Source: the human T2T-CHM13v2.0 reference genome, Homo sapiens. Taken from it: a DNA stretch of 64,000 bases. Shown piece after piece: positions 13,326-26,921 of the stretch. The stretch lies in the NCBI RefSeq assembly GCF_009914755.1, contig NC_060947.1; one strand, given 5' to 3'. How positions within the stretch are numbered: the first letter of the stretch is position 1; the number at the start of each line of letters is the position of its first letter. The position numbers and the translations under genes were made by a program. A model generated the notes under the pieces. That model saw only the letters and a program-made list of their open reading frames with translations, had not been told where the DNA came from and made no database searches.

Positions 13326-13837
13326 GCCTCTCCATTTTCTTTCCTCCATTACTCCAGTATAAGTAAATCATGTATTTTTTCAAAATTGGTATTCAGTGTT
13401 TGTTATTATAGCTTTGCATTTATGTCCAGTGCCAAGCCAAGCAATGCATTATGCTTTCACTTCCTTTTTTGAATAATATTTTATTTTCCCCAGAGTCAAT
13501 AATTGCCTAATTTCTTATTTGCTTAGTTTTCTTTTTACTCATTTCTTATTTTCTGCACAACATTCATCAGATTTATCAAGTAGTCCTCAGTATTATTTTT
13601 TGAACACTGAAATATATCAGATAACCTACCAATTTTATTTTTTCTTGGAGTCTTCCAGCCTCCCGCTTCAGCCTTGGCTCTCTGGGCCTTCTGTACAGGA
13701 ATCATCCTCCCTTTGCCAGTTTCCTGTATTAGGACCCTAGTTTTTGGGTCTTTTGTCTCCTTTTTAAAAATTATTTGCTTACTTGTTTTGCTGGAGCACG
13801 TGCTTTAATAGCTTCCTAAATAAAGGTTTATGACAAA

Positions 13838-14188
13838 TTATATTAGTCAGCTTTTTAGTAGGCTATGCCGTGGTGCAAATGATTCCAAAATCCCAATGGC
13901 TTATACAAGATTTCTTTCTTACTGGTATCCTATGTCTTTCATGGGTTAGCAGTAGTTCTAGCCAGGTCTTTTTCACTCTGGCACCTAGGTTAAGGGAGCA
14001 GCCCCTCTCTAGGAGAAGCAGTTCTCATGGCAGAGGAAAAATAGCACTGATTGAATCAGTGTTGGCTGTCAAAGCTGCTGCTCTGAAGTGGTACACATCA
14101 CTTCTGTTCACATGTCATTGGAAAATCAAGTCTTATGGCCAAGCTTGATGTCAATAAGCCTGGAAAATAAAAATAATCCTTCCACAGG
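13838..14188 (-). mobile_element. MaLR LTR (MLT1I/J-like)
   Basis: TATTAGTCAGC...AAAATCCCAATGGCTT...CACATCACTTCTGTTCACATGTCATTGG. Confidence 0.75.
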
Positions 14189-14199
14189 TAAAATTATAT

Positions 14200-14945
14200 T
14201 TTTGCCAAAGGAAATAAATAGCTGTGTTGCGTATAAAATTATGAATTGGTTTTTCGCAGAATTTTGAAGGCATTGCTCCATTGTCTCCTCGTTTTCAGTG
14301 TTGTTATTTAAAAGGCTGATGCCAATCTAGTTCTGGTATAAGAGTCTTCCGTATAAGCATTGTTTTTTTCCTTTGCTCTGAAACCTTTTAGGTTCTTTTT
14401 TTTTTTAGCCCTTATAATTCAGACATGTTTTGACAGTGTGACTTGGTATAGATCTTTATGCATTCATTTTACTGATCCTTCCTTAGGAGCTTTAAATGTG
14501 GAAATTTATGTCCTTATTTTTCTTACATTATGACTTTGATAATTTTCTCCCCTTCGTTTTTTCTTTCTGAAATTTCAATTATTTGGATATTAGACCTCCC
14601 ATATTGTTCCTCTGCTTTTCTTGTCTTTTCCTCTCTTGGTCTTTATGTTCTTCTTTTTGGGAGATTTTCTTATTTTAATCCTTTTACTTTTTTGCAGTTT
14701 GATTATCATATTTTCAGTGTCCTTAAATTCCTTTGTTTTCTGTGTCTTCCTTTTTGTAGTATCCTGCTTATGCTTATGGATATAAATTTTCTCTTATCTC
14801 TGAGGATATTAATTATAGTTTTAAGTTTTCTTCTGTTATTGTATCATCTCTGTTTTCTCTGTTTGTTTGTTTTGACTTCTCTCATATTGGAAGAGTTCCT
14901 CAAATGTTTTGTGATCCTTGGCTGTCTATTCATATTGAAGAGTGG
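14200..14945 (-). mobile_element. Old L1M/HAL1 ORF1-region fragment
   Basis: AGAATTTTGAAGGCATTGCTCCATTGTCT...CAGTGTTG...GCTGATGCCAATCT with a T-rich strand; the hydrophobic ORF 14530..14982 is its antisense artefact. Confidence 0.65.
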
Positions 14946-15321
14946 AACTCTCTTGTTTCCTGGGGGCAAAGGGAGAGGATAAAATAGTTATCTAGGTAGC
15001 TGCATGCTGAAAAGTATATATGGGAGCCTGCTGCTCCCTATACAGAGTTTTAATTCCTGTTTTCCTGTGTCTTATCCCAATTTCTGTGGTACTTGGTATT
15101 TCTAAACCCTTAAGCCTTCCCAGGATTCAATGGGGACTAATTGTTTCACTTTTCATTGGCATGTCTTTCTGCAAGCACTTAGGTTCTAACTTGCTTTTCC
15201 TTTACTCTCTGAAATAAATATTCGTTCTTCCCATCATTTCCTGTCTTCGAAACATTTATGGATAATTCTTGTCCACTAATGTCTCCTTCCCTGTTTTCTT
15301 AGTCTGCGTGGACTTAACACC

Positions 15322-15341
15322 TCTTTCTCTCTGTCTTTCTC

Positions 15342-15392
<51 letters not shown>
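15322..15392. repeat. (CT)n(CA)n compound microsatellite
   Basis: Directly visible. Confidence 0.97.
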
Positions 15393-15394
<2 letters not shown>

Positions 15395-15737
15395 TTTATT
15401 TGCATTGTTTTAATTCCATTAATGAGACTTCGGGAGGGAGAGAGATAATCATGTGTTATCAGTCTGCCATGTTTAACCAGAAGTCAAGCTGTGGTAGAAT
15501 TTTTTAAATGTAGTTTTCTTTACCTCATGCTAAACTGAGCATGGCCTTAAAATCTACCCCTGTTCTTTGAAATAAAACTAGCCTTATACTTGGATAGATG
15601 ACATGCTTTCACCACCAAATTTTAAAGACAAAACTTGAATGTTGATGGAAATTAAAATGTGTTTAGCACTTTCTGACACTATGCATGGTAAATAAATAAA
15701 TGAATGAATCAGTGAAAAGAAAGGAAAGTCACCATAA

Positions 15738-16225
15738 TGGATACTCTTGAGTTTCCCACTCCAGCTGCACTCTCTACCCTTCCTTACCCTGCTCTGGGCC
15801 CCTGGAGACTGACTTCTATGGGCTGCATCAACCAGGCTCCCTTGTCCTCTGGCTTCCAGTTAGGTTTGACAATGCAACGTATCAGTGGGGGAGGGAGAAA
15901 GGATCAGAGGGTTGAGAGGAAAGCCAGATCTCAGTATTTACTTCTCCAGCTTCTTCTCTGCCAGGTCACATTTGGCAGTGGCTGTGTTCCACTATTTCAT
16001 GCCATAGCTTGTGTTGGGTTGTCCCTCTCTGACAGCCTCAGCTTTTACCAGGTTCTGGTAACCATTACTCTCCTTCTCACTTCAGGTCGAGAGATGGTAG
16101 TGGTTTCTTCCTGCTACTGATCCAGGACCAATGCACCTTACCTTATAGGTTCCCTTAACCCTGCCCCTACCTTCAGTTACACCTTTTGAATGTGCTGTGT
16201 TTCCTGCCAAGACCCTGCTTGATAC
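15738..16225 (+). mobile_element. ERVL LTR (LTR33-like)
   Basis: CACTCTCTACCCTT...CCCTGCTCTG...GGCTCCCTTGTCCTCTGGCTTCC; ends TGTTTCCTGCCAAGACCCTGCTTGATACA. Confidence 0.75.
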
Positions 16226-16652
16226 AAATGTTATGGTAGCACTGTCTCATTATCATCCATGTATTCTTGAACAACATACTCCACATCATGGGCCTCAGTT
16301 TCCATATCTGAAAAGTACTAAGGTGGCGATAGGTGGTCTGGTCTGTCATGTAAGAACTCCTTCCTGTTCTGACATCTCTGGTTTTATATGATGCAGCAGT
16401 GGTCAGTAGCCAGCTCTAGCTCTAAGTTCTCTTTTATAGACTTTGTGGACCATTGTGGATAATTCTGAGTGGTGGATGATCACAAAACAATTTCTTCCTG
16501 TCTTTGGGAGGCAGTTTGCTGGAGCAAAAGGATTATAGACTTTGGAGTCAGACCAGGGTTCAAATTTGAGTGTACTACTTTCTTACTATATGACCTTTAA
16601 TCCATTACTAAACCTCTCTAAGTCTCACATTCTTCATCTTAAGATTAGGGTA

Positions 16653-17140
16653 TATGATGGACACTGCTAGTTATCTATCCTAGCCGTTTTCTTTTCCCTT
16701 GCTAAAAGAATACTATTTTCCATTACATATGTAGCTGAACATTTAGTTGGATGTTTTGATAAATGCAGTTTGCATAGACATAACTAGTATTTACTACCAT
16801 CTGATTCTCTCCTTCTGAAAGCATGAAAGACTAATTTCCAAGCTTCCTATAGTTAGGTGGGATCATATGATTAGGTCTGGCCAATGAGCTGTGAGGGAAA
16901 ATTACCTGTGACACTTTGGGGCTGAAGTAGAAAAAAGCAAGTGTGCAATCTCTGTGTGCTCTCTTACCCCTGCTGAGGCAATGGGGAACAATCTCCATGG
17001 TGGAACTTCCATCAATCAAGGGTCCCTAAGTGACTATATGGAACATAGACACTCATAAACTTGCAGGCAACATGTAGCATGAGTGAGAAGTAAACCATTG
17101 TTGTGTTAGGCCATTGGGGTTTTGTGGTTGATTTGTCAGC
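16653..17140 (+). mobile_element. MaLR LTR (MLT1J-like)
   Basis: TTTCCCAAGCTTCCTATAGTTAGGTGG...TCTGGCCAATGAG...GTAGCATGAGTGAGAAGTAAACC. Confidence 0.75.
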
Positions 17141-17189
17141 TAATCCACAGCTGAAAAGCATCCCTACAGTTATAGGACATTATCTTTCT

Positions 17190-17415
17190 TGTAGGGTTGT
17201 ATGGAACAGACTTTCTAGATTTGATTCCTAGCTCTGTTATCTATTAACTTGTACGTCCTTGGTCAAGTTACTTAACCTTTCTGTGCCTTGGTTTCCTCAT
17301 CTGTAGAATGAGATTAATAATACCTTTTCCTCATGAGGTCAGTGTGGGTACTAAGGAAATTAATATACAGGAAGCACTTAAAACAAGGCCTGGCAGGTAG
17401 CAAGTGCTATGCAGC
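17190..17415 (+). mobile_element. MIR
   Basis: CCTTGGTCAAGTTACTTAACCTTTCTGTGCCTTGGTTTCCTCATCTGTAGAATG. Confidence 0.9.
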
Positions 17416-17869
17416 ATTTTCTGTCAGAGATCATGTATTTCAGAGTGTCAAATACAGTGTCTGGCTCTCACCAACAACTTAATGCTTTATTACCTTTATT
17501 GCTGTCATAAGGGTTAGAATGATCCATGTAAAGTCTTCACATATGGTGGCCACTTAACACAATGGCACTATTATTTGATGACTGATTTTTGTGCTTAATT
17601 CTGGATATATGCCCCTCATTTTTTAGTTCTCTTAATCATTGCCCTCTAAGATTTCCTTCACAACATGGGAGGTAGTTAAGTGTATGGATTTCCAAGAGTA
17701 GTTCTGAATACGAAGTTAAGAAGATGTTGAAATGGCAGCAAAGCCTTAATTTAACAGGGAAGGCATTCATCAAAAGTGTTGTTATCCATAAGTTTGAAAC
17801 CAAGGCGACCCACAGAGAAGCTACACTTGTGAAAATGAGCCTTGGATAATGAGTATTTCATTATATTTG

Positions 17870-18020
17870 CCATTTAGAGCCCTTACACACTGTCTGTCCA
17901 TGCTCTTCATTTTGCAGATGAGAAAACTTAAGCCTAGAGAAGGGAAATGAATAGTCTAGGATAACACAGTCAGTTAACAGCATAAGCAGAACTAGAGCCC
18001 AAGTACACTGATTCTTGATC
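17870..18020 (-). mobile_element. MIR
   Basis: TTCATTTTGCAGATGAGAAAACTTAAGCCTAGAGAAGG. Confidence 0.85.
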
Positions 18021-18986
18021 TGTATCTACATTTTGCATCTGTAAAGCTATACAATATTTCCTTCTAGTACTTGAATAAGAAAGTCATTGGCTTTTCATCT
18101 CAAAACTCTCAAAAGCTTAGCAGAAACTCAGAGATGTGGTTTCGGAGGAACCAGAGGAATTCAGGTGAGCAGTGTAAGGTAGAAAAAGTCAGGTTTGGTC
18201 TTGTAACATTTGTGCCATTTGAAAACTGTTGTTAGACAACTGCAACCCTAGACTCAATGTGAAAATTAAAGTAACTTTGCTTTTATGTGCTGTCCTTTTC
18301 AGAGCTCATCATCCATTTTGTTGGTGCCATTTTGCTCATGTCTTTGAATACATCAAAAGTGGCTTGATTTTCTCTTTCCTTTGCTGTCTATTCACTGGCT
18401 GCAACAATGTCCTGTCCATTCCAGATTTTGGATGGGCTGTCCAGAATCACCACAGACTTCGCTTCTTAGCCAGCTAGAGGAAGGCAGAAATGAAAGAGCC
18501 CTGCCAGCGTGTTTCCTTTCTGTAAGTTTCCTTGGACACGAACACAGGAGCAGAGTTTCTATGGAGCAGCTGGTCTCCCCATTTTGGATTTTGCTGAGGC
18601 AGGTAGTTGAACTCTTTGAGGAAGTCTGGGTTTTCTCTGTCTTGGGAAATTACTGATAACATCAGAGCCAGAAGGAGGTGAGTAAAATGGAAAAGAAAAT
18701 TCATAAGAGTCGTGCCAAGATTGAGATTTCCAACCCCACCCAATTCTTCCCCAGCTCTCCTTTCAGCTGCTACTTGCTTCCCAGGAAGCAACAAACAATA
18801 GGCTACTGATTGAATTTAGGTCTGAACTTCATACAATTAAAGGTGAGGCAAGTAAAACATAGTTACATTTAGAATCAAAGTCTCCGTGTTTCCATCAGGA
18901 GGCACAGTCTGTATGTATACTTTAGAAAGTGGGTCTGGTTCTGAAGCCAAACTTGAAAGCCCATTCATTTTGGTAATTATTTTCTT

Positions 18987-19060
18987 TTTTAAAGCAAGAA
19001 TAATCTTTATTCCTTGGAAACTAATTTATAAAATTGTTATCAATAAGATGAAAAGATTCA
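18987..19060 (-). pseudogene. Tiny orphan retrocopy: 3' end of an unidentified polyadenylated RNA
   Basis: Perfect 16 bp direct repeat TGGTAATTATTTTCTT (18971-18986 and 19061-19076); on the minus strand AATAAA (19006-19011) lies 15 nt before a short A-run. Confidence 0.7.
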
Positions 19061-19558
19061 TGGTAATTATTTTCTTGTTCATAGTTTCTTGCTGGCTTTT
19101 TTTTGGAACTAATCACTTCCAGGAAAGTGCAGAGGTCTTACAGTGAAGAGAAGGAAAAGCATATTAATTGTAGCTGGACTGGGTCTAGATCATGAGAGCT
19201 GGAATATCCTAAGATCTGGGACAAAGGGACAGCCATTGGGCAGCTGTACTTTATGGTAGGCAACATAGCACAAAGATTCAGTTGTTTCTTTTTTACCCCC
19301 TCCAGGACAATTTAAATGTCTACTCTGGTTAGTTTCTGAGAGTAGGTACCATGTTACTTAAAAAATTCTACTCATTGTAAATGAAGTTGTATCAACACAT
19401 AACAACTGCCACTTGGAAATCATCTTTGTCTTTCCCTGATGTCCCTTTTTCGTATCCTTCTCTCTAGTACTCATTCCTTCAGTCAGTGAATTTATGCTGC
19501 AAGTTGACTACATGCCAGGCACAACACCGGCACCATTGATATAATGTTGACTAAGACA

Positions 19559-20114
19559 GTGTTCCACTTGCTTATTGCTGTGTGATAAACCACCCTCAAA
19601 ACTTAGTTGCTTAATGTAAAAACCATTTTACTATAGCTCACAATTCAGAAATTCAGGCAGGGCTCATCTTGGTGATTCTTTTGATCAACACGGATTACCC
19701 AGTGACACTCAGCTGGTAAATGCGCTGGTATGGTAACCTCCTCTCTGTATCCCCCTCTCCAGTTTCACACACATGTCTGTCTGGTGCTTTGGCAAGGATG
19801 GCAGGAAGGCTAGGCTCAGCTGGCCCTGTCAACCAGAGAACCTACACACGGCCTCAACAGCATGGTGACCTCAGGGTGGTTGGACTTCTTATGTGTCAGC
19901 TCAGGGCCCCAAGGGCTAGTGTTCCAGCGATCCAAGTGGAAAATGTACAACCTTTTATGACTCAGCCTCTGGAGTCCCAAAATGTCACTTCCACTGCATT
20001 CTCTTGGTCAAGCAAGTCACTGAGGACCAACCCAGATTCAAGGGGAAGGTAATCAGATTCTGCCTCTCAATGAAAGAAATAGCAGAGACTTGATGGACAA
20101 CTTTAACGTGTCAC
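19559..20114 (-). mobile_element. MaLR LTR (MLT1G/H-like)
   Basis: TATTGCTGTGTGATAAACCACCCTCAAAACTTAG...CCCAGATTCAAGGGGAAGG. Confidence 0.8.
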
Positions 20115-21137
20115 AGACAGCCAGAGCTGCTTGATGAGATTATATGCCAATGGAACAAGCAGCAGACTGGTCAGCAAATAGTCCAGGGGCAGAGGCTACC
20201 TTGAAGAAGTGACTAGAAAGCCTATTGAGTAGTATAGTGAATACCGTTTGAGGACTAAGCTGCTGAGAGTCTGAGGTTGCTGCCTTGTGCTCTCTTGGAG
20301 GATTCCTGTGATGCCCCCCACCTCCTGCTCAGCATTACATATCATACTAGAACAACAACCAACTCTGCTGGCAAACACACATGCACAGGGCACAGTGCGT
20401 AGTCCTGTCTCTACACACAGCTGCTGGTTTCATTCGGATTGGTTAAAATCTAATTGTTTGAATGAATTCAGGGGTTGCTAAGTGATTAGTACTTATTTAG
20501 GCTAGTTCAGTCAGAACTGGCAATTGGCATTGTTGTTCCATCTGCTGAGGCTGTTCCCCCTCTTCTTCCTCTTGCTAATGCTGCTCATTCTTTTGAATTC
20601 AGTATGAGGAGCCCCTTCTTCCTGGAAAAAAACTTTTTGACCACCCTCATCCCAATTTAATTTAGATGCGTTCCTCTTGACTCCCAAGCACCACCCAAAA
20701 ATGTACTGTTAATCCAGCAGACATATCTGCAACGGGAATGTCAACTATTGACCAGGTTCTTGCTGAGAGAGCTACAGATACTGGGGTGATTCAGACTGAT
20801 ACAGTCGCTCCCTACACCAGTAAATCTCCCAGTCTGATGGTGAAGGCAGATATCAAACGAATCGTTAAAAATGTATTGAATGTTCCTAATAATGCCTGAC
20901 TCAGAGTCACATGGGTAGTGATAGGGACTGTGCCATCTTTTCTGTTGTTGTCATGGTGCCTGGCATATAATACCATATCAGTAAATGTTTTTTATGTGCA
21001 TGAATGAATTTTGGTGGTATATTTATTGAACATGTGGATAAAGTTATGTCAGTAGAATGTCATTTATCTTTTTATTAGAGCCCTTCTAAGATTTTACCAG
21101 GCTGGGCCATGATGCCTTCCATTAAGAAACAGTGGAT

Positions 21138-21310
21138 TGGGGTGGAGGGAGGGAGAGCATTAGGAAAAATAGCTGATGGATGCGGGGCTTAATACCTAGG
21201 TGATGTGTTGATAAATGCAGCAAACCACCATAGCACACTTTTACGTGTGTAACAAACCTGTACATCCTGCACATGTACCCTGGAACTTAAAAATTAAAAT
21301 AAAAAATAAA
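21138..21310 (+). mobile_element. Older L1PA (about L1PA8-13) 3' end
   Basis: GGGCTTAATACCTAGGTGATG...CACATGTACCCTGGAACTTAAAA plus A-rich tail; degenerate TSD AAGAAACAGTGGA / AATAAACATTGGA. Confidence 0.9.
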
Positions 21311-21711
21311 CATTGGAGACAGGGCCTACATCTGGATCCAGTCGATCCTTTTTGCTGCCAGCCAGGTTATGCCAGCCTCCTCTCATCCCTTGGTCAGTCT
21401 GATATCTGGGGGGCTGCAAAGTGGTACCTCACATATCAAGTTTTGACCTTCTTCTCTGTTAACCTTTGACTTTAGCTATCATGACCCTATCGATAGATGA
21501 ACCTGTTTCCTGCTGCCCATCATATCCTATCCTTTGGAATAATTTGTGGCAGTACTTGACTAGGGCTTTTCTGACCTAGACCTGTCCTGAGCAGACACAT
21601 GTTGTCCTCTACCATGTTCTGGGGAACCTAACTGGCAGCTACCTTGATCCTTCCTGGTTCACTTGCCTTCCAATATTGGCTTTTCCCTAATATGATTTCC
21701 AGATCCCAAGG

Positions 21712-22033
<322 letters not shown>

Positions 22034-22879
22034 TAATCCCAAGTTTTTAGAACAACAACAAAAAAGTATAGTCCTTGGAACTAGACATAATTGATTTTGA
22101 AAGGATTTCTGTATTTGCTAGCTTTATCATTCTGAGCCTAATTTTCTCATCTGCAAAAATGGGGATAAAAATCGTGACATCACAGGGTTATTTTAAGTGT
22201 AGTACCTACCATGTAATTGCTGAGAAAGTGGTAGTTCCCTCCCATATCCCATCTCAATGTATTGACTTTTGTATTCAAAGAAGACATTATTGATTACTTT
22301 CTCTCCAGTACCTTATTTACTTTAGGGTACTTTTCCTAGATGGGGATAGTGGCTTGCTTCCAGGGCTGGCCTTGACCACACCGTTATCAGAGCTTCTGGA
22401 CTCCAATGACATGACTACCTGACTCCCTCACTTGGAGAATCTGGGTCCCATGGCTTCTGGCACAATGACTTCACTATGGCTGCAGTTCTACCTTTTCCCT
22501 CCAACCGTGGCTCAGTGCCAGGATAGAAGGAAAATGCGAAAGAGTTTGACAATATTTCAGAGAGGAGACTTTTAGCAGAAGTTATAGCTTTGCTGTCCTG
22601 GGCAGTGTTATGAAGGAGCTTTCCCACACATTCCTCTGGATCCTACCTTCATCTGCCACCTTTACTCCTGGTTCTTTCTTCTAAGAGGATACAGTAGTAT
22701 ATTTGGGTGGCTTGTGACATGACAGTATCTCTTATTTTGACCTCCCATAGCATTTAAGCATTTATTGTCTGTAAATGTTTAATTATGTTTTTCTCTCTGT
22801 GAATTTCATGTATGATTAAAGTATGCTAGTCATAAATCATTCAAGATAACACTAAGCTCTTCAATGGCAAGGGTTATGA

Positions 22880-23226
<347 letters not shown>

Positions 23227-23796
23227 CGAGAACTGCTATTTTAGGGCATAGGATGAAAAGAGAAGTCAATGAAGAAAACTGAGGAGAAGTGAGAGAAGCA
23301 GGAGGAAAAACAGCAAAATGGAATGTTAAAGAACCCTGATGAGGAAAGTTTAGGAGAGACAGACAACAGGATGTAAGCTTCAGGATATTTTGGAGGGTTT
23401 TGGGCACATTTCATTTACAGGGTCATAAGGGTAGTGAAGTTGGAATCCAGCACTGTTCTCATCAGTGTCAAGGAGGGCAGGACCAGCTTTCTCTTTATGT
23501 AAACCCTCAAAATTTAATGGGCACTAGAATCCACAATCCTGGGCCTTACCTACAGAGATCCGGTTTCAATATGTAGGACCAGGAACTCTGTATTTTAACA
23601 AACATCACAGGTGATCATGATGCTGGTGGTTCCAAAAAAAACATGGGTCTCCGGTTAACAAAGTAGTCCAAGGTTGTATTGGTAGTTTGACAGCCCTATC
23701 ATGTCTTGTGATGAGGTAAAGTCCCTAAGTCACAAAGTCAGAATGATAGAAGGGCCCTTAGAGGGATGATCTACCAACGCAACTCAGTGGGGGCAC

Positions 23797-24151
23797 TGTA
23801 TTAGTTCGTTCTCACACTGCTATAAAGACATACCTGAGATTGCGTGATTTATAAAGAAATGTTTAATTGGCTCACGGTTCTGCGGGCTGTACAGGCTTCT
23901 GCTTCTAGGGAGGCCTCATGAAACTTACCATCATGGCAGAAAGCGAAGGGGAAGCAAGCACATCTTCACATGGCCAGCAGGAGTTGGGTGAGGTGCTACA
24001 CATGTTTAAACAAACAGTGCTAGGAGGATGGTGCTAACCCATTACAAACTACCCCCATGATCCAATCACCTCCCACCAGGCCCTTCCTGTAACACTGGGG
24101 ATTACACTTCAACATGAGATTTGGGTGGGGGCACAGAGCCAAACCATATCA
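23797..24151 (-). mobile_element. MSTA-like solo LTR
   Basis: TGTATTAGTTCGTTCTCACACTGCTATAAAG...AAACCATATCA; 5 bp TSD GGCAC. Confidence 0.92.
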
Positions 24152-24356
24152 GGCACTATTGGAATTTTAGGTGGGACCATGCTTCCTTGCAGGGGACTGT
24201 TTGTCCTGTGCAATGCAAGATGTGTAGTACACTTTGTTCCCACCAACTAGATTCCAGTAGCACCCCTCAGTCATTCTGATGACCAAAAAACCCCAACCCC
24301 ATATATTTCCTCATTCCTCCTAAGGGGGCAGTACCATCCCCACTGAGAACCACTGC
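24152..24356 (-). mobile_element. MER20 (interrupted by the MSTA LTR)
   Basis: GGCACTATTG...CAACTAGATTCCAGTAGCACCCC...GAGAACCACTG. Confidence 0.85.
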
Positions 24357-25669
24357 CAGTATAATCCCTTCATTTTATGTGGGAGGGAAATGGGTCTCAG
24401 AGCAGGGGAGGAATTCTTCAAAGTCCCTCAGTGAGCATTTTTGAAGTAATATACTCTCAAGTCTGTTATTCTTCATCCTGTATTTCTGTAACTAAGTTTG
24501 GGAACCTAAATGCAGGCTTGCCTCCCCAGTTGGATGGTCAGCTTTACTAGAAAAGATAGAGACAGTCATCTTACTAGGTCCCTGTTTTCTCTGACAGCAT
24601 CAAGTATCATGCTGGCTACACACAGGCACCTCCCAGATACTCACTGAACTGAATTGAACCACAAAACTCTGTGGAGCTCCTTGAAGATGAACAAGATTCA
24701 GAACCCTCCTAGGCAGTAAGTCTTCTTTCAGGAGGGACCGAATTGTTTGTTTAGATTGCACTTTGAAGAGAAACATTAACTCATTAGCATATTCTTGGTA
24801 CATCAAGAACATTCATCTGGACCCTGAGCCCCGCTAGAGTGTACATGCCAGGAGGGCAGGGAATGTTGCCTTTCTTCATTGTTTATCTTCAGCTCCTAGA
24901 CTGGTGCCTGGTACATAGGGAGACACTCAGTAAATATTTATGTATGAAGAAATGGCTCCACCTTACAATAAAAGATTGTTTACTTTCTTCAGACAAGTAT
25001 AAAATAAGCAAATGTTTTCAAGGATTATTATGTCCTTGGTGAAAAGTAAAAAGTAAATATGAGTTAAAAGAATATGAGTACCTTGTATTTGCAAAGAAGA
25101 TTTCTAAAATTCAAAGGCTTTTCTCATCTACTAAGGAAAAGGTAGAGAAATGTGCCCTTTTTGAACCTACAGTGACCGATGCTGATGGCTAGACTAATGT
25201 CCTCAGAGAGAGGCTGCTGGTGCTGGTGCTCAGCACACCATCCCTTCCTCTGACCTGTTCAGCACTGTCAAGAGTGACATGGAGAGACCACCGATGGCCT
25301 GTGAGGAGATTCACAGATGGGGGAGCTGGGCAGCCAAGTGAAGGCATCGGCTCACACAGTCATTGGCTGTCAGAAAGTAACAGTAAACCAAACCCAAGAG
25401 GATGAAATGTAACAGGGAAATGTGGGTTTCAAACCCCAATGAACCACGCAAGAGTGATCTGCTTTAATAGCACCAGGTAGGAGGAAGCCTTCAGGGTTTC
25501 AATTGATAGAAAGACCAGCAGTACCTAACAGGTTGATGTTGCTGCTCCAAAAGACTGAGTGACCTCAAACCACCTTACTGAAGGCTAGTGCCTAGAGTAC
25601 AAGAAGCAGTGGTCCATACCTGCACACACCTGTTCTGTTTACTTCTTACTTGTGTTCCTGTCATACAAG

Positions 25670-26120
25670 GCACCTAGACAAATGAGAGTCCATTCAGAAA
25701 GTTACCAGGATGTGGATGACTTTGTAACCTGGTTGTATAGAGAACAGTGGAAATAACTGGAGATAATTTACTTTAATATTATGAGAGGAGTCTGGGGACC
25801 ATTATAGCAACTTGCAAAGATTTGAAGGGTTGACATGTAGGGCAAAGAACAGTCTGGTTCTGTAATCTCCTGAGAACAGAATCAACACTAACGGATTGAA
25901 ATGCCTGCAAGTCAGATTATTGGCTCAACACAAGGGAAAACCTTCTAATGACTATGCTATCCACGACTTCGGTGGGCTAGTTCATTTGGTAGTGAGTTCC
26001 TTGTCACTGGAAGAGTTCAAGTAGTGAACTGACCACTTACCTGGCAGGGAAGCCATAGAGGGGGTTTAAACGTCTGATGAGATTGAACTTTATGACTTTT
26101 AACATTTCGTTCAAGCCTGA
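25670..26120 (+). mobile_element. L3/CR1 3' fragment
   Basis: GGCTCAACACAAGGGAAAACCTTCTAA...GTAGTGAGTTCCTTGTCACTGGAAGAGTTCAAG. Confidence 0.75.
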
Positions 26121-26189
26121 ACACAAGCCTGTTCAAGTTTGGGTTTTGCATTTTCAAGGTGATAAGTGAATCTTATTCAATATATGTGA

Positions 26190-26921
26190 ATATTATCTAT
26201 ATTGAAATATTCAATATAGATTCAATATTATATAGATATCTGTAATATATTATATATAATAATATATTATATATAATATAATATATTTAATATTATATAT
26301 AATATATGTTATATATAATATAATATATTTGATATATATAATAATATATTATATATCATATATAATATATATATAATATATGATATATAATATATCATAT
26401 ATTATATATAATAATATATAATATATCATATATTATATATAATAATATATTATTATATCATATATTATATATAATAATATATTATATATAATATAATATA
26501 TTTAATATATTATATATAATATATTTAATATATTATATATAATATATTTAATATATTATATATAATAATATGTTATATATAATATATTTAATATATTATA
26601 TATAATAATATGTTATATATAATATATTTAATATATATAATAATATGTTATATATAATATATTTAATATATTATATATAATATATGATATATAATATATA
26701 ATTATATATAATATATATCATATATGATATAATATATTATATATAATTATATATTTTATATCATATATGATATAATATAATATATCATATATGATATATA
26801 ATATATATCATATATAATAATATATAATATAATATATGATATAATAATATAATATATATAATATATATACTATTATAATATATATAATATATATAATATA
26901 TATATTATATATTATATATAT
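26190..26921. repeat. ~730 bp AT-rich compound minisatellite / low-complexity tract
   Basis: Almost only A/T, with recurring units such as TAATATATTTAATATATTATATA and ATATCATATATTATATAT. Confidence 0.97.

Noticed and set aside
14530-14982. 150 aa hydrophobic ORF resembling a membrane protein
   Set aside because: It is the antisense reading of a T-rich old L1/HAL1 fragment, a compositional artefact
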